Counted from the stretch's first letter, positions 37,626 through 48,493 are shown. The stretch: DNA of 64,000 nucleotides from Polyangiaceae bacterium (GCA_044376115.1 JBILLK010000035.1:42183-106182), one strand, 5' to 3'. The notes: generated by a model not told the origin, from the letters alone. Numbers and translations: made by a program.

Positions 37626-38453
37626 ATGCTGGTCGCGGGTCGTTATCGGTTGGGGGTGCTACTGGGTCGGGGGCCTTTGGGCGAGGTCTTCGAGGCCGTC
37701 GATCAGCAGACCGGAGGGGCTGTGGCGGTGAAGCTGCTGGCGCCGGGCCACGGAGCTCGGCAGGTGAGTCGCTTCGTGCTGGAGGCGAGCACGCTGCAGG
37801 CGCTGCATTCGCCGCTGATTGTCGAGGTGCTCGATGTGGGGGAGGAGCAAGGCCGTCCGTTCGTGGTGATGGAGCGGCTGCGAGGGGAGGATCTGCGTTC
37901 ACGCTCGGCGCGCGGTCCGCTGCCGCTGCAGCAGATCGTCGAGATTGGCTGCTTGGTGGCGGAGGGGCTCGAGGTCGCTCACGCGGCGGGGGTGGTGCAC
38001 CGGGATATCAAGCCGGCCAACATCTTCTTGCTCGAGCCGGGGCTTTCGCCTGCGGTGAAGCTGCTCGACTTCGGCAGCGCCAAGGTGATCGCTGGCTCGC
38101 TCGGCGCGCGGCCCGGCGAGCCCACCAAGCCGGGGGATCTCGTGGGCTCACCGCGTTACATGTCGCCCGAGCAAGCGCGCGGAAAGCCCAATATCGACGG
38201 GCGCAGCGACATCTTCTCGCTAGGCATGGTGCTGTACGAGCTCTTGGCCGCGCGGCACCCGTACGCCGACGCTACAGGCCTCGCGGATCTGATCATGGCC
38301 ATCTGCACCGAACCACCGCTGCCGCTCGCGCTGGCCGCTCCCAACGTGCCGGCGAGCTTGGCGAAGGCGATCGACCGGGCGGTGGCGCATGATCCTCGGG
38401 CTCGTTTCGGCTCGGCAGCCGAGCTGCGCGCAGCTCTGCTTGTGGGCCCGTGA
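37626..38453 (+). CDS. Cytoplasmic Hanks-type Ser/Thr kinase (kinase domain only)
   Basis: GGAG RBS; LGRGPLGEVF, VAVKLL, HRDIKPANI, DFG, YMSPEQ, DIFSLG. Confidence 0.92.
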   Translation: MLVAGRYRLGVLLGRGPLGEVFEAVDQQTGGAVAVKLLAPGHGARQVSRFVLEASTLQALHSPLIVEVLDVGEEQGRPFVVMERLRGEDLRSRSARGPLPLQQIVEIGCLVAEGLEVAHAAGVVHRDIKPANIFLLEPGLSPAVKLLDFGSAKVIAGSLGARPGEPTKPGDLVGSPRYMSPEQARGKPNIDGRSDIFSLGMVLYELLAARHPYADATGLADLIMAICTEPPLPLALAAPNVPASLAKAIDRAVAHDPRARFGSAAELRAALLVGP

Positions 38454-38475
38454 CGGGGCCGCTATCACGCTAACG

Positions 38476-39987
38476 ATGGAGCCGCTGAGCCGTACCTTCG
38501 ATAAGGACGCGGATGACGAGGCCGCGGGGCCTCGCACTGAGCTGCTGCCATTTTTGTTCGTCGCGCTCGAATGCAGTCGGCCGCTCGCCGGCGGGATGCG
38601 GGTCGCGCTGGCCGAGCTGGACGAGATCACGGTGGGTCGCGGCAGCACGCGCAGCTTCGTGCGCACGGGTCGCTCGGCGCATCTTTCGCTGCCGGACAAG
38701 CTCGTAAGTGGAAAGCACGCGCGCTTCGAACGCAAAGACGATCAGTGGTTCTTCGAGGACCTCGAGTCGCGCAACGGCTCGCGTTTGGACGGCGAGCTGC
38801 TCAGCCGGATCGAGCTGCCCGGGCGCGCGGTGCTCGAGCTCGGGGGGACCTTCCTGATCTTTCATGAGGCCCTTCCATGCCCTGTCGGCTGGCCCGGGGA
38901 TCTCGAGCTCGGGTCACCGCGTGAGAGCGGGACCAGCACCTTGCTGCCGGCATACGAGAACTCGCTCAACAACCTCGAGCGCATCGCCGGCTCGACGTTG
39001 CCCATCCTGCTCTTGGGTGAGTCGGGGGCGGGCAAAGAGGTGCTGGCCAAAGCGGTGCACGCGGCCTCGGGGCGAACGGGCCAGCTTGTCGCGGTCAACT
39101 GTGGAGCGTTGCCGGCCTCGCTGGTCGAGGGTCAGCTCTTTGGCCACGCCAAAGGTGCTTTCTCCGGCGCACTGAAGGATGAGCCCGGGCTGATCCGCGC
39201 CTCGGATCGCGGCACGCTCTTCCTCGACGAGATCGGCGAATTGCCGCTGGCGGCGCAGGCCACGCTGCTACGGGTGTTGCAAGAGTGCGAGGTGCTCCCT
39301 GTCGGTGCGACCAAGCCTGTGCGCGTGGATCTGCGCGTGGTCGCGGCCACCCACAAGCGCATCGATCAGCTGCCCAACGTCTTTCGGCCCGACTTGTACG
39401 CGCGGCTCGCCGGCTTCTCGGTGCGGCTGTTACCGCTCCGTGCGCGTCGCGAGGATCTCGGCCTCTTGCTTTCGGCGCTGCTGCGCTCGCTCGCGCCAGA
39501 CCGGGCTGCGCGGCTCACGCTCTCTCCACCGCTCGGGCGTGCGCTGCTTGGTTATGTTTGGCCGCTCAACATCCGCGAGCTGGTGCAGGCGCTGAGCACC
39601 GCGCTGGTGCTGCTCCCCGAGCATGAGACGGTGCTCGACGTGATGCACGTCCCGCAGGCCTTGCGCCGCGTGGTACTACCCAACGACGCGCCGGAGAGCA
39701 TCGCTGCGCTCACCGCGCCAGGTCCGCGCGCGCACCGCTCGGTGACCCCCGATACGCGCTCGACGCAGCCCGCGATCAGCTCGCCGGCGGAGGCTCGCCC
39801 AGGCTGGGGCAGCGCTACGCGGCGCGGCGAGAACAACGACGCCCTGCGTGAAGAGCTCTTGCGTCAGCTGCGCACGCAGCGCGGCAACATCAGCGAGGTC
39901 GCCCGTTTGATGGGCCGCACGCGCATGCAGATTCACCGCTGGATGAAGAAGTTCGGGATCGATCCGGAGACCTTCCGCGAGGGCTGA
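38476..39987 (+). CDS. FHA-domain sigma54-dependent activator (FHA-AAA+-Fis HTH)
   Basis: VGRG..VSGKHA..DLESRNGS (FHA); GESGAGKE, GAFSGA, FLDEIGE, WPLNIREL; GNISEVARLMG HTH. Confidence 0.92.
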   Translation: MEPLSRTFDKDADDEAAGPRTELLPFLFVALECSRPLAGGMRVALAELDEITVGRGSTRSFVRTGRSAHLSLPDKLVSGKHARFERKDDQWFFEDLESRNGSRLDGELLSRIELPGRAVLELGGTFLIFHEALPCPVGWPGDLELGSPRESGTSTLLPAYENSLNNLERIAGSTLPILLLGESGAGKEVLAKAVHAASGRTGQLVAVNCGALPASLVEGQLFGHAKGAFSGALKDEPGLIRASDRGTLFLDEIGELPLAAQATLLRVLQECEVLPVGATKPVRVDLRVVAATHKRIDQLPNVFRPDLYARLAGFSVRLLPLRARREDLGLLLSALLRSLAPDRAARLTLSPPLGRALLGYVWPLNIRELVQALSTALVLLPEHETVLDVMHVPQALRRVVLPNDAPESIAALTAPGPRAHRSVTPDTRSTQPAISSPAEARPGWGSATRRGENNDALREELLRQLRTQRGNISEVARLMGRTRMQIHRWMKKFGIDPETFREG

Positions 39988-40031
39988 GCTCAGGCGAAGC
40001 CGCTGGGTTCCGACGAAACCGCGCTCGGATG

Positions 40032-41951
40032 TTAGCTGGCTTCGATCGGCAGTTCGAGCGTGCTCGCGTTCGCTCCGGTTGCGATGCCGAGGCGGGCGCC
40101 CGCGGGCGTGGTCTTCGCGAAGTGGTCGCTGTCGCCGAGCGTGATCACCAGGCGCAGGCGATGCCCAGCGGGAAGTCGGTGCGAGGTCGGGAGCAGGTTG
40201 AAACAAAGCTCGTGGGTCTCTCCGCGAACCAGCGGTCTGCCGTTGGCCCGCGCAAAATCACGCTCCACTCCAACGCCGGACACCTGCTGGATCGAGTCTC
40301 GGTGCAACGCGCGCAGATGACCCTCGGTGATGTAGTGACAAGCGCCGTCCGCAGCGATGTCGAGCAAGTAGGCGATCACCACCAGATCCGGCTGGTCGCT
40401 GCGCACCGAGAGCTTCACCACGGGGTGACCGGTGATGGTGGTTTCGGAGCGCAGCGGCTCGGTTTCGAAGTACGTACAGTTGGCGAAGCGAAGCGCGATG
40501 TCGGGGTAGTCGGCGGGGACGAAGGCGGCCAAAACGCCGCGCCAACGGCTGCGATCGCCGGTGCCGAAGTTTTCGTCGTGCACGACCTCGACGTAGCGCG
40601 CCGTTGCGCCGCTTTGCGAGGGCAGGGCGGGCTCGAGTTTGCGTTGCGAGGTGAGCGTGAAGGATTGCGCGCGCACGTTCTCCGGCGGCCAACTGCGCGC
40701 CGTGCGCCACTGGCCTGCGCCCATGGTGAAGAAGCGGACGTTGGGCTCGTCGTGGGCGGCGCTGCCGGGTTTTAAGTGGCTATCGAAGAAGCGCAGCATG
40801 AGCGCTTCATGCGGGAAGGCGGCGGGCGCACCGAGGCCGCGGCCGGGGTGGGCGATCACGCCGGCGTGGCCCCACGGACCGAGCAGCAGGTGCGAGCCGG
40901 GCAGCGAGCGATGGCGACGCGCAGCGGCCTGCGCGTAAGCGCCGTCGAAGAAGCCGCCGTAGCTGAAGACGGCCGTGCCCGAAGCGCGAATCGCCTCGAG
41001 GTGGCCGCGCGGGCTGACCAGATCGAAGGCGCGTTCGGGTTGGCCTTCGCGCGAGTCGTCGCGATAGTCGACGCCGCTCACGAGGTCGTGCACGTCGCCG
41101 TTGCCGGCGTGGGTCGCGAGCGCGAGCTTGCGCAAGACGCCTTGTGGGTCCTCATCGACGCGGCGCCCACCGAGGAAGACGGTGCCGAACGCCATGCCGA
41201 TCAGCTTGTTGGTGCGCGCAGGTCCGAGCGTGTCGAGCAGGCGATGCAAGCCTTTGGCGGCGATCCCGGGGCCTGCAGCCTGGCCCTTGGCGACGATGCC
41301 GACGAGCCCGGCCATGGCGTCGTGGAAACGATGCGCGTCGAGCAAGGCGTTGAAGCGCGACCAGCCTTCGGTGAACCACGCGAGCTGGGCGCCCCCGGGG
41401 AAGGCGACGTCTTCGTAAGCGCAGAGCAGCGAAAAGCGGGGCACGATCGCGCGCACGGCCGGGTGCTGACGGCTGACCAACATCTCGGCGGTGGTGCCTT
41501 CGTAAGAGATGCCGGTGGAGCCGATCAGGCCGTTCGACCAAGGCTGTTTGACAATGAAATCGGCGATCTCGACGCCATCACCGACCTCGGCCGGCGACCA
41601 CGGGAGCGGCCAGGTGCCGAACGAAACGCCGGAGCCGCGCACGTCCACGTCGACCCAGGCGTAGCCGGCGGCGAGGAAGCGTTCGCGCGTCGGGGCGGAG
41701 ATGTCGAAGGCGTCGCGCGCGGCCGCGAAGTCGAGCGAGCGCGGCAGTTCGACGCTGCGGAAGTAGCGGGTTTGCCGCAGGATCGTCGGAAGTTTCTGGC
41801 CTGCGCGGTAGGTCGAAGGCAGCGTCAGATCGACGGCGAGCTTGGTGCCGTCACGCATCGTGAGGTAGCGCGAGCGGCGCAGTCCTGCGTCACGCGGCAG
41901 CGGTCGAGAGAGCAGCGGATCCCAAGGCGCATCGAGTGGTGATTGCTTCAC
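40032..41951 (-). CDS. CocE/NonD family hydrolase (X-Pro dipeptidyl-peptidase fold)
   Basis: MRDGTKLAVD, DVRGSGVSFG, QPWSNG, GISYEG, GPWGH, GHRLRLVI. Confidence 0.92.
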   Translation of the reverse strand: MKQSPLDAPWDPLLSRPLPRDAGLRRSRYLTMRDGTKLAVDLTLPSTYRAGQKLPTILRQTRYFRSVELPRSLDFAAARDAFDISAPTRERFLAAGYAWVDVDVRGSGVSFGTWPLPWSPAEVGDGVEIADFIVKQPWSNGLIGSTGISYEGTTAEMLVSRQHPAVRAIVPRFSLLCAYEDVAFPGGAQLAWFTEGWSRFNALLDAHRFHDAMAGLVGIVAKGQAAGPGIAAKGLHRLLDTLGPARTNKLIGMAFGTVFLGGRRVDEDPQGVLRKLALATHAGNGDVHDLVSGVDYRDDSREGQPERAFDLVSPRGHLEAIRASGTAVFSYGGFFDGAYAQAAARRHRSLPGSHLLLGPWGHAGVIAHPGRGLGAPAAFPHEALMLRFFDSHLKPGSAAHDEPNVRFFTMGAGQWRTARSWPPENVRAQSFTLTSQRKLEPALPSQSGATARYVEVVHDENFGTGDRSRWRGVLAAFVPADYPDIALRFANCTYFETEPLRSETTITGHPVVKLSVRSDQPDLVVIAYLLDIAADGACHYITEGHLRALHRDSIQQVSGVGVERDFARANGRPLVRGETHELCFNLLPTSHRLPAGHRLRLVITLGDSDHFAKTTPAGARLGIATGANASTLELPIEAS

Positions 41952-42151
41952 AACGGTCTGTTCCTTACAGGGCCTGCTGCTCGGCGTCGCCCACTGAGCC
42001 GTCCTGCGTTGGCTGAGCGTCAAGACAACTTCCCGACGCGAGCCTCTAGCGGAGTGTTGACTTCTTGCGGGTTTCGCCTAGGGTCCGCCACCCGAAAACG
42101 CCTGTCGACCTTCTGAGCGGGGGATTTTGCGTCAGGTATCAAGGAGACACG

Positions 42152-42742
42152 ATGCGCATCTCGATGACTTTGTCGCTATTCATTGCTTCCGGCCTCGCAC
42201 TTGCGGCGGCCTGCAGCAGCCCCTCGACCCAGGTCAACGAGCCTGTGGCCACGGCTTCCGCCTCTGCGGACATGGCCGAGCCCGAGGCGACGGCCGTTCC
42301 CACGGCAGCAGAAACGGCTGTTCCCACGGCTACGGCCGCAACCATCCCCACCGCAGTTCCCACGGCCACGGCCTCTGCTACGCCGCCGCCGAAGAAGAAG
42401 ACCTGGGCTGACTTCAATCACGACGAGAAGCTCGCGTTCATGAAGTCCGAGGTCACGCCCAAGATGGCGAAGACCTGGGGAGACTTCGACAAGAAGTACG
42501 CCAAGCTGGATTGCGCGACCTGCCACGGCAGCGCTGCCAAGAAGGGCAACTTCAAGATGCCGAATGCTGAGCTGCCTAAGCTCGATCACAAAGACGGCTT
42601 CAAGGCTCACAAGGGCAAGCAGAAGGTCCTCGATTTCATGTTCAAGATGACCCCGGAGCTCGCCGGCATCCTGCAACTGCCCCCGTTTGATCCGGCCACC
42701 GGCCAGGGCTTCGGTTGCGGCGGCTGCCACGTCATGAAGTGA
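42152..42742 (+). CDS. Diheme c-type cytochrome lipoprotein
   Basis: AAGGAG RBS; LAAAC lipobox; CATCH and CGGCH heme motifs. Confidence 0.85.
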   Translation: MRISMTLSLFIASGLALAAACSSPSTQVNEPVATASASADMAEPEATAVPTAAETAVPTATAATIPTAVPTATASATPPPKKKTWADFNHDEKLAFMKSEVTPKMAKTWGDFDKKYAKLDCATCHGSAAKKGNFKMPNAELPKLDHKDGFKAHKGKQKVLDFMFKMTPELAGILQLPPFDPATGQGFGCGGCHVMK

Positions 42743-42789
42743 TGATCGGTTGATTCGCCTTCCTTTCGTGGGAGGGCGAGCTGTTCAAG

Positions 42790-42820
42790 AAGGCGAGGTT
42801 TCCTCGCCTTTTTGGCTTTT
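42790..42820 (+). terminator. Intrinsic terminator after the cytochrome gene
   Basis: AAGGCGAGG-TTT-CCTCGCCTT followed by a T-rich tail. Confidence 0.75.
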
Positions 42821-42857
42821 GTTGTCCGTTTAGGAGGGCGCGTGCGATGGACCCGCC

Positions 42858-44711
42858 ATGGCCCCAGGCCACCGCTCCCGTCTTCCTTTGGCGATCTGGT
42901 TCGCCCTGCTGTTCGCTTGGCTCTTGCCGCGTGAGGCGTTGGCGTGGGTGGATTTGACCGTTGCTCGCGATGATCTGCGGGTCACCGTTCACACCACTGG
43001 CCAAGCCACGGTGGAGCACTCGGTGTTGCTCTTGGTCGCTGGCGGCCCGCTTACCGAGCTGACCATCAGCGGCGTCGACGCCGACGCCGAGGTGCTCGAG
43101 GGCGCGCATCTGCTGAAGGAGAACGCGCAGGCAGGCGAAGAGCCGCTGCCAGTGACCGCGCGTCGCGTGGAGACGAAGGACGGCCTGAGCCAGCTGCAGC
43201 TCAGCCTCGACGGTGGACGCGGGGTGCGTCGCGGTCGGTATTGGGTCCACGTCCGCTACAACACCGACTTGCGTAAGAGCGGCGCGCTTCGAATGGCAAA
43301 GCCGCACGCGATCCTCGAGTGGCAAGGCCCTGTTTGGGACTACGGGCTGGAGACCACCAAGGCGAGCTTCGTGCTCCCGATCTCGCGCAACCAACCGACG
43401 ATCTGGGAAGGCGCTGGTGAAGACGCCGCGGGCACCTTCATTCCGTCGCTCACGACGCAGAACCAGACCTTCGAATTGACGCTGACGCGGCCGTACGCTG
43501 CGCGCGGTGAGCGGGTGACCTGGCCGGTCTCCTTCGACGCTCGCACGTTGGTCGGCGAGACCGCCGCCGATGAACCTGCAGCGCGGCCGGTCCAGGTGCA
43601 GGCGCCGCGCACGAAGGGGCTTTCGAGCGAGGTGCGCCGCGGCATCGCCGTCGGTTGCGGTGTCGCCTTCATGTTGGTGTTCGCCTTGGTGTGGGCGCAC
43701 GGGCGCGAGGCCGCTTGGCGCGCGAAAGAGCGCGACGAGAGCGCGCGTCCGCTGTTGCCGCTACCGACGCCGCTGCGAGCGTTCGTCGCCGGCGTTTTGT
43801 TCGCGGGCGGAGGCTGGCTGACCTTCGCCGAGGGCAGCGGGACCATCGGGGCTCTACTCATCGCCGCCACCAGCCTTTTCATCTTCCACCGCGCAGCGCG
43901 CTCGCAGCGCTCGTTACGCAAGCCTGGTGCGTGGCTGTTCGTCCGCAAAGAAGAGGCCTTCTTGCAGCCGAAAGACAAGCCCACCGAGTTCTTCGATTGG
44001 CGTCATCGCGCAGGCAAGTTGCTGTTCTTGGGACTCGTGTTGATGTTCGGCGCGGCGACCGCGTTGGCATCGCGCCTTTCGCTCGAGCTCTCGACCATGA
44101 CCATGCTTTCGATCGGACCGCTGTTGCTCTTGTTCGGCACCGGAACGAGCGCTTCGCTGCGGCCGGATCTGGCCGTGGATCCCGTCGAGCTGCTCGCGAA
44201 GGTCGTAGGTATGGTCGAGTCGGCCAAGCAAGGCGTGCGCATCGCGCCGCGGGTGCGCATCCCGCAGGGCAGCGCTGACGCCGATGAGCTGCGTGTCACC
44301 TTCCTGCCCGAGACGCCGATGAAGGGGCTGCGCGGCGTCGAGATCGCGAGCGAGACGGCGATGGCGGGCTGGGGCTCGCTGCTGCTCCCGGTGGTGCTGG
44401 TTCGCTTCGAGCAAGGCTCTGCCTGCGAGAGCAGCGTGCTTCGCTTGGCGAAGGGCGCCCGGCCCACCGCAGGCCGCAAACCGACCGAGCGGGTGGTCGT
44501 GCTTTCGCCCAAACTCCCGACGGCGCGCGTTACCGCCGACCTGGTGTTGGCGCTGCTCGCGAGCCTCAGCGAGAAGGTCCGCCCGAGCGCACCGGCGGGC
44601 GAGCCGGAGGCGGCCGCGCCTAGCAAACGTCGGGCGCCGGTGCGCAGCGGCGCCAAGCCGAGCGCAGCCGCGAGCGGCGAAGCTCAGCCGGGGACGGCGC
44701 GTCGCGCCTGA
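42858..44711 (+). CDS. Hypothetical membrane protein (DUF2207-like N-terminus)
   Basis: Signal peptide, beta-rich periplasmic domain, ~5 TM helices. Confidence 0.65.
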   Translation: MAPGHRSRLPLAIWFALLFAWLLPREALAWVDLTVARDDLRVTVHTTGQATVEHSVLLLVAGGPLTELTISGVDADAEVLEGAHLLKENAQAGEEPLPVTARRVETKDGLSQLQLSLDGGRGVRRGRYWVHVRYNTDLRKSGALRMAKPHAILEWQGPVWDYGLETTKASFVLPISRNQPTIWEGAGEDAAGTFIPSLTTQNQTFELTLTRPYAARGERVTWPVSFDARTLVGETAADEPAARPVQVQAPRTKGLSSEVRRGIAVGCGVAFMLVFALVWAHGREAAWRAKERDESARPLLPLPTPLRAFVAGVLFAGGGWLTFAEGSGTIGALLIAATSLFIFHRAARSQRSLRKPGAWLFVRKEEAFLQPKDKPTEFFDWRHRAGKLLFLGLVLMFGAATALASRLSLELSTMTMLSIGPLLLLFGTGTSASLRPDLAVDPVELLAKVVGMVESAKQGVRIAPRVRIPQGSADADELRVTFLPETPMKGLRGVEIASETAMAGWGSLLLPVVLVRFEQGSACESSVLRLAKGARPTAGRKPTERVVVLSPKLPTARVTADLVLALLASLSEKVRPSAPAGEPEAAAPSKRRAPVRSGAKPSAAASGEAQPGTARRA

Positions 44712-46204
44712 TCCCGCGGGCGCCAATCCGCGACTTCATCGCGCGGGGTGACCGGCCCGTCGAAGGTCAGCTTGAAGGCCGCGTCGAGATCGGTCGAGCC
44801 TTCGGTGCGGACGTAGATCACCTTGCGCGCCATCGGCGCGAAGAACATGCGGAAGGGGAAGAAGTTCTTCACCACCACGATGTCCGGCTTCCACACCGAG
44901 AGCCCGAGCTCGGTATAGAACGAGGGCTTCAGCGCGAGTGAATGGCCCTGCGTGATCACGACCTTCACGTGACCGAGATCGAGCACCAGCATGCGGCCGA
45001 GAGCCGGGTGCATGCGTTTGGCGATCACCTTGCCTTCACAGCTGAAGCTCGGCTCGCGTCGATCGATCTTGCCACCGAGCGTCACCGCCGCGAACTCACC
45101 CTCGGCGACCTTCCAGAGGGCCTCCGACACCGCGGCATCGCGGATCGGCACCAAGCTCACGAGGTCGCGTGCTTGTTCGTAAAGGGCGCGCAAAAGCCGC
45201 GTGTTTTCACCGGCTGCACCGGCCGAGACCACGTCGGAAGCATCGGACAGCACCACCACTCCGAGCTTGCGTGCGAGCGTCGCAGCGCGCGCTTCTTCGA
45301 TCGCTTGCTCTGGGCTGCTGAAGGTCGGCGGCATCTCTTTGCGCACCGACCACAACAGCTCGGCTAGCTCATCGGCCCAGCTCTCCGCCTGCGCGCGGTC
45401 TCCGCGTGTGCTCACCAGCGAGCTGAAGCCGAGGCGAGGTTCGTCGTTCCAAGGGTGGCACATCATGATCGAGGCGGTCATCGTCCGTGGGTCGCGCACG
45501 ATGCTCTCGAGCCGGCGGAAGATGCTGCGCATCGGCTGGAGGAAGTCCACGGTGTTGCCACCGCCGAGGATCATCGGTAGCGAGCGCCAGGCGGTCTCCG
45601 GACGAGCGCCTTCACGCAGGATGGCCAGCAGCCCTCGGGCTGCTTCGCGGCCGCTGCGGCGGTGATCGCGATGGGGGTTGGTGCGATAACCCACCAGCAG
45701 ATCCGCCGTGCGCACGCGCTCTTCGGTCAAGGCGGCGTGCAGATCATGGGTCACCGTGACCGGCGCTTGCGCCGCGGCTTTGACGGCGCGCAGCACCGCG
45801 GTATCGGCGTCGGCTAGCGATTGCACGCCCATCGCTCCGTGCAGCGAGAGCACCACGCCGTCCACCTTGCCGGCGCGCGCGAGATCCTCGGTCAGCCGGC
45901 CGAGCAGGGTATCGAAACAATCGCGCGTGAGCGGCCCGGCCGGGATCGTCCAGGCCGAGAGCAGCGGGACGATCTCGACGTTGCCATCGGCGCGCAGCGC
46001 ATCCACCGCGCCGGTGAGCTCGCCGTTGCGCAGGTAGCCTGGGAGCTCGTTGCCGAGCGGCCCGCACACGTCGAGCAGCGCCTGGCCCTCGAGGTAGTGC
46101 GTCGCGCGAAAGTCACTGATGGTGGTCGCTAGTTGCGAGAAGCAGTTCGACTCCTGCGCGATACGGCCGATCGCGATTCGAAGCCGAGAGGTGGAGCGCG
46201 CCAT
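44684..46204 (-). CDS. M81 family metallopeptidase (MlrC-like)
   Basis: QESNCFS, LSLHGAM, DLHA, YRTNPHRD, SDVVSAGAAGE, IVVVK. Confidence 0.9.
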   Translation of the reverse strand: MARSTSRLRIAIGRIAQESNCFSQLATTISDFRATHYLEGQALLDVCGPLGNELPGYLRNGELTGAVDALRADGNVEIVPLLSAWTIPAGPLTRDCFDTLLGRLTEDLARAGKVDGVVLSLHGAMGVQSLADADTAVLRAVKAAAQAPVTVTHDLHAALTEERVRTADLLVGYRTNPHRDHRRSGREAARGLLAILREGARPETAWRSLPMILGGGNTVDFLQPMRSIFRRLESIVRDPRTMTASIMMCHPWNDEPRLGFSSLVSTRGDRAQAESWADELAELLWSVRKEMPPTFSSPEQAIEEARAATLARKLGVVVLSDASDVVSAGAAGENTRLLRALYEQARDLVSLVPIRDAAVSEALWKVAEGEFAAVTLGGKIDRREPSFSCEGKVIAKRMHPALGRMLVLDLGHVKVVITQGHSLALKPSFYTELGLSVWKPDIVVVKNFFPFRMFFAPMARKVIYVRTEGSTDLDAAFKLTFDGPVTPRDEVADWRPRDQARRAVPG

Positions 46205-46338
46205 GCGCAAGGCCTACACGACAGCGCTCGGCCGCTCAAGCCGCAGCCTCATTGGGCTTACGCGCGGGCTTCTTTGGGTTCCGGTTCGCGGCGCCTGGGA
46301 TTCGGGTATGTTGTGCACCGCCCAACAAGGAGCAGCAC

Positions 46339-47184
46339 GTGTCCCTCTTCGTCAGCCGAGAAGTCGAGAACCGGATTGAAGCGCTCGAGATCCCCTGGGG
46401 TCCGTACGGCGTGGATCCGTACGGCGTGTCCAAGAAGTTCTTGGCGCAGGCCTTCGGCATGGCCGAGCCTATTTACCGGCACTACTTCAACGTGAAGGTG
46501 CATGGGCAGCACAACGTCCCGGCGCGCGGTCGGGGCATGTTGGTCGGTAACCACTCCGGCGGTATCGCCATCGACGGGATGATGGTGGTCGCCTCGATGT
46601 TCTTCGCCAAAGACCCGCCGCGCTTGGCGCAGGGCATGGTGGAGAAGTTCATGAACCGGCTTCCGTTCGCCTCGCTGCTCACCTCGCGTTGCGGTCAGTT
46701 CGTTGGTCTGCCCGAACATGCAGTGCGGCTGCTCGAGGATGATCGGCTGTTGATGGTGTTCCCCGAGGGCGCTCGCGGTACCGCCAAGTTGTACAAAGAC
46801 CGCTACAGCCTCGTGCGCTTCGGCACCGGCTTCGTCCGATTGGCGATGCGCACGCGTACGCCGATCGTGCCGTTCGCCTTCCTCGGTGGCGGAGCGGCCA
46901 TCCCCACCGTCTACAATGCGGTCGCGCTGGGCAAGCTGATGGGCGCGCCCTACGTTCCGGTCACCCCCTACGGTTTGCCGATCCCGCTGCCGGTGCGGCT
47001 CGAGGTGGAATACGGCGAGCCGCTGATGTTCCACGGGACCGGCGCTGAGTCCGACTCGATCGTCGAGGGCTACGTAGAAGAAGTGCGCACCAAGATCGGC
47101 GAGATGATCGAGAGCGGTCGTCGGCGCCGCGAGAACTTTGCCGAACAGACGCTGCGCCAACTTCGAACCGGGAGTTCATCGTGA
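46339..47184 (+). CDS. PlsC-type (lyso)phospholipid acyltransferase
   Basis: [35 protein letters not shown]. Confidence 0.9.
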   Translation: MSLFVSREVENRIEALEIPWGPYGVDPYGVSKKFLAQAFGMAEPIYRHYFNVKVHGQHNVPARGRGMLVGNHSGGIAIDGMMVVASMFFAKDPPRLAQGMVEKFMNRLPFASLLTSRCGQFVGLPEHAVRLLEDDRLLMVFPEGARGTAKLYKDRYSLVRFGTGFVRLAMRTRTPIVPFAFLGGGAAIPTVYNAVALGKLMGAPYVPVTPYGLPIPLPVRLEVEYGEPLMFHGTGAESDSIVEGYVEEVRTKIGEMIESGRRRRENFAEQTLRQLRTGSSS

Positions 47185-48107
47185 AGATCTTGATCACTGG
47201 AATCTCTGGGGCCACCGGGCGTGTGGTCGCGCTGCGGCTGTTGGCGGACGGTCACGACGTGGTCGGTATCGATCGCCGCGGCTGGCCTGAAGCGCCCGAG
47301 TCGATCGAGATGCACCGCGTGGATATCCGCTCGCGGCCCGCCGAAGACGTGTTCCGCGTGACCCAGCCGGAGGTGGTGGTGCACATGGCGACGGTTACGC
47401 ATTTGGTGGCCCGCAGTGAAGACCGTTACCGCATCAACCTCGGCGGTACGCGGGCCGTGTTCGAGCATTCGCACCGCTACGGGGTGAAGCACGTCGTGTT
47501 CGTCGGGCGTCACACCTATTACGGCGCAGGACCCGATTCGCCGCTCTATCACACAGAGGATGAGCCGCCGATGGCGATGGCCAGCTTCCCGGAGCTCGCC
47601 GATTTGGTCGCCGCTGATCTCTACGCCGGCTCGGCGCTGTGGCGTATGCCCGACATGACCACCACCGTGCTGCGTATGGTCTACACGCTCGGACCGACCG
47701 GGCACGGCACGCTCGCGAGCTTCTTGCGTGGCCCGCGTGTGCCGCGGGTGCTCGGGTTTGATCCGCTGTTTCAGTTCATGCACGAAGACGACGTCGCGGG
47801 GGCGATCTCGCTCGCGCTGAAGACGCGTCTGCGCGGCGTCTACAACGTCGCAGGTCCGCGACCGGTGCCGCTCTCGGCGTTGGTAACGGCCGCTGGGAGG
47901 ACGGCGGTTCCGCTGCCGGAGCAGCTGTTCTCGATGATGATCGGCCGCTTCGGCCTGCCCAAGCTGCCGGCTGCGGCGCTCAATCACATCAAGTACCCGG
48001 TCGTGATCGACGACAAGCCCTTCCGCAACGCCTCCGGCTACGAGCCGACCGTCTCCGAGACCGAGGCGATTCGTCAGTATCGCTCGGCGTTTCCCGCGGC
48101 GAGTTAG
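47181..48107 (+). CDS. NAD-dependent epimerase/dehydratase (extended SDR)
   Basis: [29 protein letters not shown]. Confidence 0.88.
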   Translation: MKILITGISGATGRVVALRLLADGHDVVGIDRRGWPEAPESIEMHRVDIRSRPAEDVFRVTQPEVVVHMATVTHLVARSEDRYRINLGGTRAVFEHSHRYGVKHVVFVGRHTYYGAGPDSPLYHTEDEPPMAMASFPELADLVAADLYAGSALWRMPDMTTTVLRMVYTLGPTGHGTLASFLRGPRVPRVLGFDPLFQFMHEDDVAGAISLALKTRLRGVYNVAGPRPVPLSALVTAAGRTAVPLPEQLFSMMIGRFGLPKLPAAALNHIKYPVVIDDKPFRNASGYEPTVSETEAIRQYRSAFPAAS

Positions 48108-48175
48108 CTCCGCATTTCCAGCGGCGGGCTAGCTTAGCGGTCACGCGGCGTGTTCGCGGGCCACGAGGGCGGGCT

Positions 48176-48493
48176 TCAGGATTCGTCTTCTTGGCGGGCA
48201 AAGCTGCGCAGCGCGGCCATGCCGACGGTGTGGGCGCACTCTTCGCACAGGCCCGGCTCTTCCCAACGTAGCTCACCGCCGTGCGACCAAAAGAACAGCC
48301 CCCGGCCGAACGCTTCGTCTTCCAAGTCTTGGCCACAAAGATCACAACGCTCGATCTCGGCGCGCGCCAAGCGAGTGGAGTTGTGCGGGCTGAAGGAGAG
48401 CTGCGCCACTTCATCGGCGATCATGGTGTGCACGAGCACGCCAGCTTGCGCTTCTTCAGAGTGGAGATGCTTTGGACCGAAGCCCTGCTTCAT
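48176..48493 (-). CDS. Small hypothetical protein with two CxxC pairs (Zn-ribbon-like)
   Basis: CDLCG...GRGLFFWSHG..EEPGLCEECA. Confidence 0.55.
   Translation of the reverse strand: MKQGFGPKHLHSEEAQAGVLVHTMIADEVAQLSFSPHNSTRLARAEIERCDLCGQDLEDEAFGRGLFFWSHGGELRWEEPGLCEECAHTVGMAALRSFARQEDES

Noticed and set aside
44684..46204. Microcystin degradation (mlr) cluster
   Set aside because: Only an MlrC-family peptidase is present, without mlrA/B/D; the family is widespread.
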